6,094 nucleotides of DNA from a virus (taxonomy: Duplodnaviria; Heunggongvirae; Uroviricota; Caudoviricetes), in IMG/VR virus record IMGVR_UViG_3300023487_000043, positions 1-6,094 of that record; one strand, given 5' to 3'. The position numbers and the translations under genes were made by a program. The notes below the pieces were generated by a model. It saw only the letters and a program-made list of their open reading frames with translations. It made no database searches and was not told the origin of the DNA. Each line of letters opens with the position of its first letter. Position 1 is the first letter of the stretch. Below, piece after piece: positions 1-5,583 of this stretch.

Positions 1-161
1 GAAGCGATCTCCTTTCTTCCCTTTGCCGTTGTGATATCAGGCACAAAGGACATAACTTCACGTTCAACCTTTTTAAGGATTTCTTCAATCTGGTCGGCAG
101 ACTGAAATACAGTCATTGCATTTGCTTTTTCAATAACAACTAAATCTGTTACTTCACTCAT
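1..161 (-). CDS. Partial ORF (first 53 codons, continues beyond window start); hypothetical early-operon protein
   Basis: Minus-strand ATG at 161-159 preceded by GGAGG (166-170, 5-nt spacer). Hand translation MSEVTDLVVIEKANAMTVFQSADQIEEILKKVEREVMSFVPDITTAKGRKEIA runs open to the window edge. Not in the ORF track because no stop lies in the window. No family recognised. Confidence 0.45.
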   Translation of the reverse strand, partial: MSEVTDLVVIEKANAMTVFQSADQIEEILKKVEREVMSFVPDITTAKGRKEIA

Positions 162-173
162 ATATCCTCCATC

Positions 174-200
174 AAAAAAATCGCCCTCACATCGGAGGGC
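174..200 (-). terminator. Intrinsic terminator between the 62-aa ORF and the partial ORF
   Basis: Stem GCCCTC (183-188) / GAGGGC (195-200) with 6-nt loop; on the minus strand it is followed by GA then a 7-T run (plus A174-180). Confidence 0.55.
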
Positions 201-295
201 AAAGAAGATTTCCAATAATCAGAACAAGTCGGCTCCTGTTTAGTTACGAGCGACATTGCTCCGTGTATTCACTCGTTGGAATGAATACACAGTGC

Positions 296-484
296 TTATT
301 CGTCATGCATTTCAGGTAATTCTTCGTATTCGACTCCCCATACGAGTTTACACCAAGTGACTCGCTCATATCTTTTACAAAAATCAGACCACATAACTTG
401 TGTTCCATCATGGTTTGTTATTACTTCTGTAATATCACCAACACTAACAAAACTGGTATTAGAAGCAGTTATTTTTACTTTCAT
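296..484 (-). CDS. Hypothetical small protein (62 aa)
   Basis: ORF track. Its ATG (484-482) overlaps the upstream stop by 1 nt (TAATG coupling). No recognisable motif. Confidence 0.4.
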   Translation of the reverse strand: MKVKITASNTSFVSVGDITEVITNHDGTQVMWSDFCKRYERVTWCKLVWGVEYEELPEMHDE

Positions 485-771
485 TACTTATCCCCAAGAG
501 CTTTTCTGATTGCTGCGATACCTTTATTAACAGCTCCATACCATTCTGGATATGTTGTCGTTGTTCTATTTTTGGTTTGCTTAAGTAATAACTGAAGTGC
601 TTCGAGAAGGTCAGGAGCTGCTGCTATCAGTAGCGCATCCTCCCTTTCATTTCTTGTTGCTGCTTCAATGTATGTGTCACCAATCGTCACACCATGGAAC
701 GTAGTCATCATCTCGTTGACGTTTCTAACCGTGTACTTCCATTTACCAGGCGTACCCTTAAACTCTTTCAT
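484..771 (-). CDS. Hypothetical protein (95 aa from ATG at 771; ORF track extends to GTG at 777)
   Basis: ORF track 484..777. The in-frame ATG at 771-769 has GAGG 5 nt upstream, so it is the preferred start. No family recognised. Confidence 0.5.
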   Translation of the reverse strand: MKEFKGTPGKWKYTVRNVNEMMTTFHGVTIGDTYIEAATRNEREDALLIAAAPDLLEALQLLLKQTKNRTTTTYPEWYGAVNKGIAAIRKALGDK

Positions 772-793
772 ATCCACCTCTGTTGTTTATGCC

Positions 794-819
794 AAAAATA
801 AAGGCCGACTATGCGGCCT
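794..819 (-). terminator. Putative intrinsic terminator overlapping the stop of the 156-aa ORF
   Basis: Stem AGGCCG (802-807) / CGGCCT (814-819) with 6-nt loop; minus strand continues TTATTTTT (plus 794-801). Could be an N-overridden tL-type terminator. Confidence 0.45.
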
Positions 820-1288
820 AGTAGAATACCCAATTTTCTGTTTCTTGGTTGTGTCCAAAGTTATATTCAATATCTGGTGTTGATGTATCAATATTCTTCA
901 TCCCATCAACAAGAGTTGATACAACAGCCAAATCTTGTTTGATTCTCATTAAATGGTACTTCTTCCGGCGCAATAAACTTTCAATGGCAAGTTTCTTCGT
1001 TGGGAATGCAAAAGATCTTTCTGCATTTTTTGCTACTTTCTTAATTGCATATCTATTTCTCCTTTGTTTCCATTCCTGTAACCACTGATTTGGTGCTGGT
1101 TTAAAATTAACAATCCAATGCGCAGGAACCAACCATGCATAATGCTCTGTCTGATGAAAAGCTATATATTGAAGTGCGAATATTTTGATTCCATCTTCTT
1201 CAACTGTCGCCTGGAATCTCCAGAAAACAGGCATTCCCTCATGTTCAGTTTCTGATTCAGGAAAAGGTACGCTCCATGATTTTGTCAT
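818..1288 (-). CDS. Hypothetical early protein (156 aa) immediately downstream of the N-like gene
   Basis: ORF track. Start ATG 1288-1286 with GAGGTGA upstream; this SD overlaps the N-like stop (1297-1299). No hydrophobic segments or known motif seen. Confidence 0.55.
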   Translation of the reverse strand: MTKSWSVPFPESETEHEGMPVFWRFQATVEEDGIKIFALQYIAFHQTEHYAWLVPAHWIVNFKPAPNQWLQEWKQRRNRYAIKKVAKNAERSFAFPTKKLAIESLLRRKKYHLMRIKQDLAVVSTLVDGMKNIDTSTPDIEYNFGHNQETENWVFY

Positions 1289-1296
1289 ATCTCACC

Positions 1297-1596
1297 TCAA
1301 ATAAGTGGTTTGCTGCCTAATTTCATTTTCTGGCGACCAACACAAGTCACACCCATTTCACTGCGTGGCTTGCTGTAGTAAATACGGTTCTGTTTACGCT
1401 CGACTTCTTCTGCCTTCTTGCAGCGAAGGCTTCCGAGTGATGCTGCTTTATCTGCTCTGACGCAACCAGAGAGCTTTAGCGCAATTTTTCGCGCCAGTCG
1501 CTGCTCTTGCATTGCCTGCTCACGTTGAGCCTGTCTGCGTGCTCTGCGGCGATTTCTGGCGTTATCGTCAGCCAGATATGTAATGACTACTGTCAT
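1297..1596 (-). CDS. N-like transcription antiterminator (P22 gene 24 / lambda N family)
   Basis: 99 aa. N-terminal MTVVITY followed by an arginine-rich motif NARNRRRARRQAQREQ typical of N-family boxB-binding peptides. First gene downstream of pL/nutL. GGAGG 5 nt upstream of the ATG. Confidence 0.7.
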   Translation of the reverse strand: MTVVITYLADDNARNRRRARRQAQREQAMQEQRLARKIALKLSGCVRADKAASLGSLRCKKAEEVERKQNRIYYSKPRSEMGVTCVGRQKMKLGSKPLI

Positions 1597-1703
1597 GTTG
1601 ACCTCCGATGATTGACTTTGGCGGTGACGCGCCGGGTGCTTATCTTCCGGTTGCCGTCGTGCAGCTGCACTTCACGTCACCCCAAAGCCAACTACTCTTT
1701 GGT

Positions 1704-1744
1704 TCCCGCATTTCGGCGGGACAATCCCATCAATGTTAAAGAGC
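1704..1744 (-). promoter_or_regulatory. nutL (boxA + boxB)
   Basis: Minus strand reads GCTCTTTAACA (boxA, plus 1734-1744), a 12-nt spacer, then hairpin UCCCGC-CGAAAU-GCGGGA (plus 1704-1721). The same boxA and an identical boxB recur at nutR. Confidence 0.6.
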
Positions 1745-1790
1745 CTGCCAATCTGTTCCGTTTGGCTTCCAGCGTCCTGCTGATGGCTTA

Positions 1791-1844
1791 AATTTAAGAT
1801 CTCTTTAATTAATGGTCAAGAGTATTTTTGAAGAAAACTTAAAT
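1791..1844 (-). promoter_or_regulatory. OL operators and putative pL
   Basis: 18-bp site ATTTAAGATCTCTTTAAT (1792-1809) fits the P22 c2 half-site pattern ATTTAAG/CTTTAAT. A second site TTTGAAGAAAACTTAAAT (1827-1844). Minus-strand -35 TTGACC (plus 1814-1819), 17-bp spacer, weak -10 TAAATT (plus 1791-1796). Confidence 0.55.
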
Positions 1845-1882
1845 TTTCTTTCGTAACTTAAGTTTGGCTTTGATTTTTAAAG

Positions 1883-1910
1883 GAAATAAAAAAAAGGGGC
1901 GAATGCCCCC
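1883..1910 (-). terminator. Intrinsic terminator immediately after the c2 stop
   Basis: Minus strand after the TAA stop: GGGGC-AUUC-GCCCC followed by 8 U (plus stem 1896-1900/1905-1909, A-run 1884-1895). Confidence 0.6.
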
Positions 1911-2561
1911 TTATGGAAGGTTTGCTAGTTTTGCATCGACAACTACGCCGATGATTTTGCAGTTTCCGTTGATCTCGATCATCGGATATTGTGGGTTAAG
2001 TGGTTTTAGAAACTTCCTGCCTGCATCAATAACTAACTTCTTGAAAGTTGCCTCGTTTTCTCCTTCGAGCTTTGCAACTACCAGTTTCCCGTTACGCGGC
2101 TCTACTTCAGGATCGACGAGTATTATCATTCCTTCAGGGATACTGAGACCGGCCGGAGCCGTCATTGAGTCTCCCTTCACATCCAACCAAAACGAATCTT
2201 CTGAACAGTCTACGGTTGTATCGTACCAGTTATCTATTGCACGCTTATGATATGGTTCTACAGCTTCCATCCAGCATCCTGCGCTCACCCAGCTAATCAG
2301 AGGGTATGACCCTCTTGGATCATGCCTACTGTGATAGGCAATGTTTGAAAGACTTTCCTCTCCTTTCATCAGATAGTCAGGGGAACACTTCAACGCATTA
2401 GCCAGGGCGAGAAGATTCTCTCCATTTGGCTCTGTCTCAGAGCGTTCCCACTGAGATATGGCAACATTAGACACGCCGACCATCTTTCCAAGTGCGGCCT
2501 GCCTGATCTTGAGTTCTTTTCTCCGAGCGCGAATGCGCTCTCCCATCAATTGAGTTTTCAT
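1911..2561 (-). CDS. c2: Prophage repressor, P22 c2-type (N-terminal HTH, C-terminal S24/LexA-like autopeptidase)
   Basis: 216 aa. Near-identical by recollection to P22 C2 (MKTQLMGERIRARRKELKIRQAALGKMVGVSNVAISQWERSE...). C-terminal GDSM serine motif. Divergent from cro across an operator region. Confidence 0.93.
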   Translation of the reverse strand: MKTQLMGERIRARRKELKIRQAALGKMVGVSNVAISQWERSETEPNGENLLALANALKCSPDYLMKGEESLSNIAYHSRHDPRGSYPLISWVSAGCWMEAVEPYHKRAIDNWYDTTVDCSEDSFWLDVKGDSMTAPAGLSIPEGMIILVDPEVEPRNGKLVVAKLEGENEATFKKLVIDAGRKFLKPLNPQYPMIEINGNCKIIGVVVDAKLANLP

Positions 2562-2562
2562 A

Positions 2563-2627
2563 GTTAAGACATCTTAAATAAACTTGACTTAAGATTCCTT
2601 TAGTGGATAATTTAAGTGTTCTTTAAT
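2563..2627. promoter_or_regulatory. OR1-OR2-OR3 with pR (rightward) and pRM (leftward)
   Basis: Three 18-bp sites at roughly 23-24 bp spacing: OR3 AGTTAAGACATCTTAAAT (2563-2580), OR2 ACTTAAGATTCCTTTAGT (2587-2604), OR1 ATTTAAGTGTTCTTTAAT (2610-2627). pR -35 TTGACT (2584-2589) and -10 GATAAT (2606-2611). pRM hexamers not confidently placed. Confidence 0.85.
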
Positions 2628-2641
2628 TTCGGAGCGAGTCT

Positions 2642-2827
2642 ATGTACAAGAAAGATGTTATCGACCACTTCGGAACCCAGCGTGCTGTAGCTAAAGCGTT
2701 AGGCATTAGCGACGCAGCAGTCTCTCAGTGGAAGGAAGTCATCCCAGAGAAAGACGCCTATCGACTGGAAGTCGTTACAGCTGGCGCCCTGAAGTATCAA
2801 GAAAGCGCTTACCGCAAAGCGGCATAA
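2642..2827 (+). CDS. cro: Cro (P22-type)
   Basis: 61 aa MYKKDVIDHFGTQRAVAKALGISDAAVSQWKEVIPEKDAYRLE..., matching P22 Cro by recollection. GGAG 7 nt upstream. First gene of the pR operon. Confidence 0.9.
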   Translation: MYKKDVIDHFGTQRAVAKALGISDAAVSQWKEVIPEKDAYRLEVVTAGALKYQESAYRKAA

Positions 2828-2834
2828 GCAAATT

Positions 2835-2877
2835 GCTCTTTAACAGTCATGGTCCTCATTCCCGCCGAAATGCGGGA
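2835..2877 (+). promoter_or_regulatory. nutR (boxA + boxB)
   Basis: GCTCTTTAACA (2835-2845), 14-nt spacer, hairpin TCCCGC-CGAAAT-GCGGGA (2860-2877), identical to the nutL boxB. Confidence 0.65.
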
Positions 2878-2884
2878 ATACAAC

Positions 2885-2902
2885 GCGCATAAGTTGATGC
2901 GC
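2885..2902 (+). other. Hairpin between nutR and cII (tR1-like position)
   Basis: GCGCAT (2885-2890) / ATGCGC (2897-2902) with 6-nt loop, followed by a T-rich stretch. Lambda tR1 is Rho-dependent, so function here is uncertain. Confidence 0.3.
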
Positions 2903-2917
2903 ATAACTTCTTATTTG

Positions 2918-2958
2918 TTAAGGAAATACTTACATATGGTTCGTGCAAACAAACGCAA
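2918..2958 (-). promoter_or_regulatory. pRE with CII-binding TTGC-N6-TTGC repeats
   Basis: Minus strand TTGCGTTTGTTTGC (plus 2945-2958) overlaps the first cII codons; -10-like AAGTAT (plus 2926-2931). Matches the lambda pRE arrangement by recollection. Points leftward through cro toward c2. Confidence 0.65.
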
Positions 2959-3229
2959 CGAGGCTCTAAGAATCGAGAGTGCGTTGCTTAACAAAATCGC
3001 AATGCTTGGAACTGAGAAGACAGCGGAAGCTGTGGGAGTTGATAAGTCGCAGATCAGCAGGTGGAAGAGGGATTGGATTCCAAAGTTCTCAATGCTGCTT
3101 GCTGTTCTTGAATGGGGCGTCGTCGACGACGACATGGCTCGATTGGCACGACAAGTTGCTTCGATTCTCACCAATAAAAAACGCCCGGCGGCAACCGAGC
3201 GTTCTGAACAAATCCAGATGGAATTCTGA
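2936..3229 (+). CDS. cII: CII transcriptional activator (lambda-type)
   Basis: 97 aa MVRANKRNEALRIESALLNKIAMLGTEKTAEAVGVDKSQISRWKRDWIPKFSMLLAVLEWGVVDDDMARLARQVASILTNKKRPAATERSEQIQMEF, essentially identical to lambda CII by recollection. The ORF-track start at 2849 is an upstream frame extension. Confidence 0.92.
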   Translation: MVRANKRNEALRIESALLNKIAMLGTEKTAEAVGVDKSQISRWKRDWIPKFSMLLAVLEWGVVDDDMARLARQVASILTNKKRPAATERSEQIQMEF

Positions 3230-3251
3230 GGTAATTACTGGATCAATCCAC
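3176..3251 (-). ncRNA. OOP-like antisense RNA (terminator present, promoter uncertain)
   Basis: Minus strand CGCUCGG-UUGCCG-CCGGGCG followed by UUUUUU (plus 3182-3201, A-run 3176-3181) inside the cII 3' end, as in lambda OOP. The 5' end is inferred by analogy at about 3251. Confidence 0.45.
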
Positions 3252-3261
3252 AGGAGTAATT

Positions 3262-3906
3262 ATGACATACGAAAATGACAAATTCCAGGTTCTGAAGAGC
3301 ATGAAGGTGCCAGATGATTTTAAATCAAATGGCTTTGTTTATGTGCTTTCGAATGAGTGCATGCCAGGAATTTATAAGATTGGGATGACTAAGCATTCAC
3401 CAGAAGTTAGGGCTAAAGAAATTTCAGCCTCTACTGGCGTTCCTAAGCCATTTAAGGTGATAGCAGCCTTTCATTCAAATAATCCAGCATCAGATGAAAA
3501 ACTCATTCATAAAGCCTTTGCAAAAGAGAGGCTTAGTGATAATCGAGAGTTTTTCAAGCTTGAAGATAATGAGCTTTCTGAATCTCTAAATGAAATAAGG
3601 GCGCTGGTTGGCCCTGAAAGAAATGGCGAGACGGCAGAATACGCAATTTACGACGCATTCATTTCTTTTCGCCATGAAAATGAGCTTGATCTTAATGAGG
3701 AGCTTATAGAGCAAGGTCTGGGTAGTGTAGTTGGTCATCTTCCTGCGGTGAAAAATTTCCTTATTCGCGCCGGAATTGATTACGCGAAGCAACTGATAAG
3801 CAAATATAACTCATCGATAGTTATTAATACAGATGGCAGTGTGGTGATGGTTAAGTCTCTTGAAGCCCAATGCTTTGATGCGGAGGTTGGAAATGAGCCT
3901 GGCTGA
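3262..3906 (+). CDS. T5orf172 / GIY-YIG-like domain protein (214 aa) with uncharacterised C-terminal half
   Basis: AGGAG (3253-3257) then ATG 3262. Motifs GFVYVLSN...PGIYKIGMT...EVRAKE...PFKV...EKLIHKAF...NREFF match the T5orf172 pattern. AT-richer than flanking genes by eye. Sits between cII and the O-like gene. Confidence 0.7.
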   Translation: MTYENDKFQVLKSMKVPDDFKSNGFVYVLSNECMPGIYKIGMTKHSPEVRAKEISASTGVPKPFKVIAAFHSNNPASDEKLIHKAFAKERLSDNREFFKLEDNELSESLNEIRALVGPERNGETAEYAIYDAFISFRHENELDLNEELIEQGLGSVVGHLPAVKNFLIRAGIDYAKQLISKYNSSIVINTDGSVVMVKSLEAQCFDAEVGNEPG

Positions 3907-4735
3907 AGTATTTTACCTGCCGAAGAGTGAACCTGTTGAACAGGAGCGAAGAGTGGCTGATATCGATGATGGTTACACCAGATTCGCTAACGAGCTGCTG
4001 GAAGCTATCGCAAGTGCCGATTTAACCGCTCGCCAGTTGAAAGTTATGCTGGCCTACGTCCGGAAAACATATGGCTTCAATAAGAAAACAGATCGAATAG
4101 CCGATGAGCAAATTGCTCAGTTAACAGGACTGTCAAGGCAGAATGTTAACAAGGCTAAAAAAGAACTGATTTCAATGAATTGCCTGTTTATGGATGGAAA
4201 TCAAATCGGTGTAAACAGGGAGGTATCTGCGTGGCAATTCAGCAAGTGTCTCCAAGTTAGCAACTTTGTCTCGAAGTTAGAGACAAAAAGTGTCTCCAAA
4301 TTAGAGACACTCAATGTCTCGAAGTTAGAGACACACAAAAGACATTCTTTAAAGACAAAAGAAAATATTAATAAACCCCCTATATCCCCCAAAAAAGTTT
4401 CTCAGAAGTTCGACCCGCTAGAAACAGAGTTGCCTGATTGGTTATCAGCAGAAACATGGTTGTCGTGGGTTACCTATCGCAAGGAGATAGGTAAGTCGAT
4501 CAAGTCTAAGCAAAGTGTCACTCAGGCTATCAACGTTCTATGCAGAAGTCTGGAGAAGGGATATACACCTGAAGAAATTATAAACCAGAGCATCGCCAGT
4601 GGTTGGCAGGGTATTTTTGAGCCCAAGACTCCAAAGGGGAAATCTCAACCGAGGCCGCAGCATCGAGCTATGCAGGAAAACTTTGCCACCAAAGATTACG
4701 GACAAACTGAAATGCCTTCATGGGCGCAGGAGTGA
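3893..4735 (+). CDS. Replication initiator, lambda O-like (280 aa from ATG 3893)
   Basis: QERRVADIDDGYTRFANELLEA...RQLKVMLAYVRKTYGFNKKTDRI aligns with the lambda O N-terminal domain (QERNVADLDDGYARLSNMLLEA...). GGAGG 6 nt before ATG 3893. Iterons lie mid-gene. The upstream TTG (3860) and ATG (3878) lack an SD. Confidence 0.85.
   Translation: MSLAEVFYLPKSEPVEQERRVADIDDGYTRFANELLEAIASADLTARQLKVMLAYVRKTYGFNKKTDRIADEQIAQLTGLSRQNVNKAKKELISMNCLFMDGNQIGVNREVSAWQFSKCLQVSNFVSKLETKSVSKLETLNVSKLETHKRHSLKTKENINKPPISPKKVSQKFDPLETELPDWLSAETWLSWVTYRKEIGKSIKSKQSVTQAINVLCRSLEKGYTPEEIINQSIASGWQGIFEPKTPKGKSQPRPQHRAMQENFATKDYGQTEMPSWAQE
4247..4400. repeat. Replication origin: four iterons plus AT-rich region inside the O-like gene
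   Basis: 17-bp iterons at 4248-4264 (GTCTCCAAGTTAGCAAC), 4268-4284 and 4316-4332 (GTCTCGAAGTTAGAGAC), 4292-4308 (GTCTCCAAATTAGAGAC), each with GTCTC/GAGAC dyad ends. Followed by an A/T-rich tract 4333-4400. Confidence 0.8.
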
Positions 4736-4737
4736 AC

Positions 4738-5583
4738 ATGACGCTGGATGAAAAGATCTCCCAACTGGAGAAAAAACTTGCAGAATTGAGTTCTCCGCCA
4801 ATTGCTATCGAGCATACAGCTGTAGAAATTGGCACTGGCATCTGTGAAAAACATGGTGAGTTTGAGCAGCGTAACCGTTACTCGACTGGGCCAATTAAGT
4901 TTGCCTCAAGACCTAGCGAATGCCCGGAATGCATGAGAGATGAGCTTATTCGGCTACAGGCAGAGAAGATTAAAATCGACGAGGAATCACGTAAGCGCAA
5001 TGTCGAGTTTCTGTTGAATAATCTTGATATTCCTGAACGATTCAAGGGTTGCACACTACAGAACTACGAGCCAGTCAACGACGATGCAAAGAGAGTGCTC
5101 AGGGTGTGTCAGGCATACGCCAGCAAATGGCCTGAGAGGTTACAGAAAGGCGGTGGGCTGGTTATGTGTGGAAAGCCTGGTACTGGAAAGAATCATCTTG
5201 CACTGGCTATCGCCCGGCACGCAATTACGGAACATCAAAGCTCAGCTATTTTCACAACGGCGCTGAAAATTGCCAGAGAATATAAATCAACATGGTCGAA
5301 AAACTCCACCCGCACAGAGGATGAAGTGATCCGACAGTTCACTAAACCTGACCTGCTAATTATCGATGAGGTTGGTGTGCAGTTCGGAAGCGAGGCGGAA
5401 AAGATGATCATGTTCGAAATCATCAACACCCGCTACGAGCGCATGAAGCCAACAATCCTGATTAGCAACCAGAGCAAAGATGAACTGTCTGCATTCATTG
5501 GTGAGCGTGTTATTGACAGGATGAATGATGGCGGCGGATGCACCCTTGCGTTTACATGGGATAGTTACAGGAGCAGAACGTGA
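4738..5583 (+). CDS. DnaC-like helicase loader (AAA+ ATPase, IstB/DnaC family)
   Basis: Walker A GKPGTGKNHLALAI and Walker B LLIIDEVG. AGGAG (4728-4732) 5 nt before ATG 4738, directly after the O-like stop (4733-4735). The ORF-track start at 4720 has no SD. N-terminal Cys/His cluster (CEKH...CPEC). Confidence 0.85.
   Translation: MTLDEKISQLEKKLAELSSPPIAIEHTAVEIGTGICEKHGEFEQRNRYSTGPIKFASRPSECPECMRDELIRLQAEKIKIDEESRKRNVEFLLNNLDIPERFKGCTLQNYEPVNDDAKRVLRVCQAYASKWPERLQKGGGLVMCGKPGTGKNHLALAIARHAITEHQSSAIFTTALKIAREYKSTWSKNSTRTEDEVIRQFTKPDLLIIDEVGVQFGSEAEKMIMFEIINTRYERMKPTILISNQSKDELSAFIGERVIDRMNDGGGCTLAFTWDSYRSRT

Noticed and set aside
398-1088. Plus-strand ORFs 398..595, 668..883 and 849..1088
   Set aside because: They run antisense to the tightly packed minus-strand early operon and their translations are low-complexity and hydrophobic.
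1845-1870. A third OL operator around ACTTAAGTTT
   Set aside because: No 18-mer in this stretch fits both half-sites; only OL sites at 1792-1809 and 1827-1844 are reported.
1864-2250. 128-aa plus-strand ORF antisense to c2
   Set aside because: It overlaps the confidently assigned repressor gene and starts inside the terminator/A-run, so it is an antisense-frame artefact.
2849-2935. Upstream extension of the cII frame (ORF track 2849..3229, 126 aa)
   Set aside because: The extension covers nutR and the tR1-like hairpin, has no SD, and the well-formed CII protein begins at ATG 2936.
2911-3278. Overlapping ORFs 2911..3174 (-) and 2979..3278 (+)
   Set aside because: Both lie entirely within or across the cII coding region in other frames, with no SD and no recognisable motifs.
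3586-3792. 68-aa minus-strand ORF inside the T5orf172 gene
   Set aside because: An antisense ORF in an AT-rich region with no SD.
3860-3892. Earlier starts for the O-like gene (TTG 3860, ATG 3878)
   Set aside because: Neither has a ribosome-binding site, whereas ATG 3893 has GGAGG at optimal spacing and gives an N-terminal length matching lambda O.
4248-4332. Possible CRISPR-like array of short direct repeats
   Set aside because: Only four imperfect 17-bp repeats with 3-7 bp spacers, in-frame within a coding gene and followed by an AT-rich tract; this is an iteron origin.
4201-4392. 63-aa minus-strand ORF across the iterons
   Set aside because: The open frame is created by the repeats themselves; the region is the origin inside the O-like gene.
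4720-4737. ATG 4720 as the helicase-loader start
   Set aside because: No SD upstream, and it would overlap the O-like gene by 16 nt. ATG 4738 follows AGGAG and the O-like stop directly.
5024-5429. ORFs 5024..5266 (+) and 5235..5429 (-) within the helicase-loader gene
   Set aside because: Alternative-frame and antisense ORFs inside a strongly supported AAA+ coding sequence.
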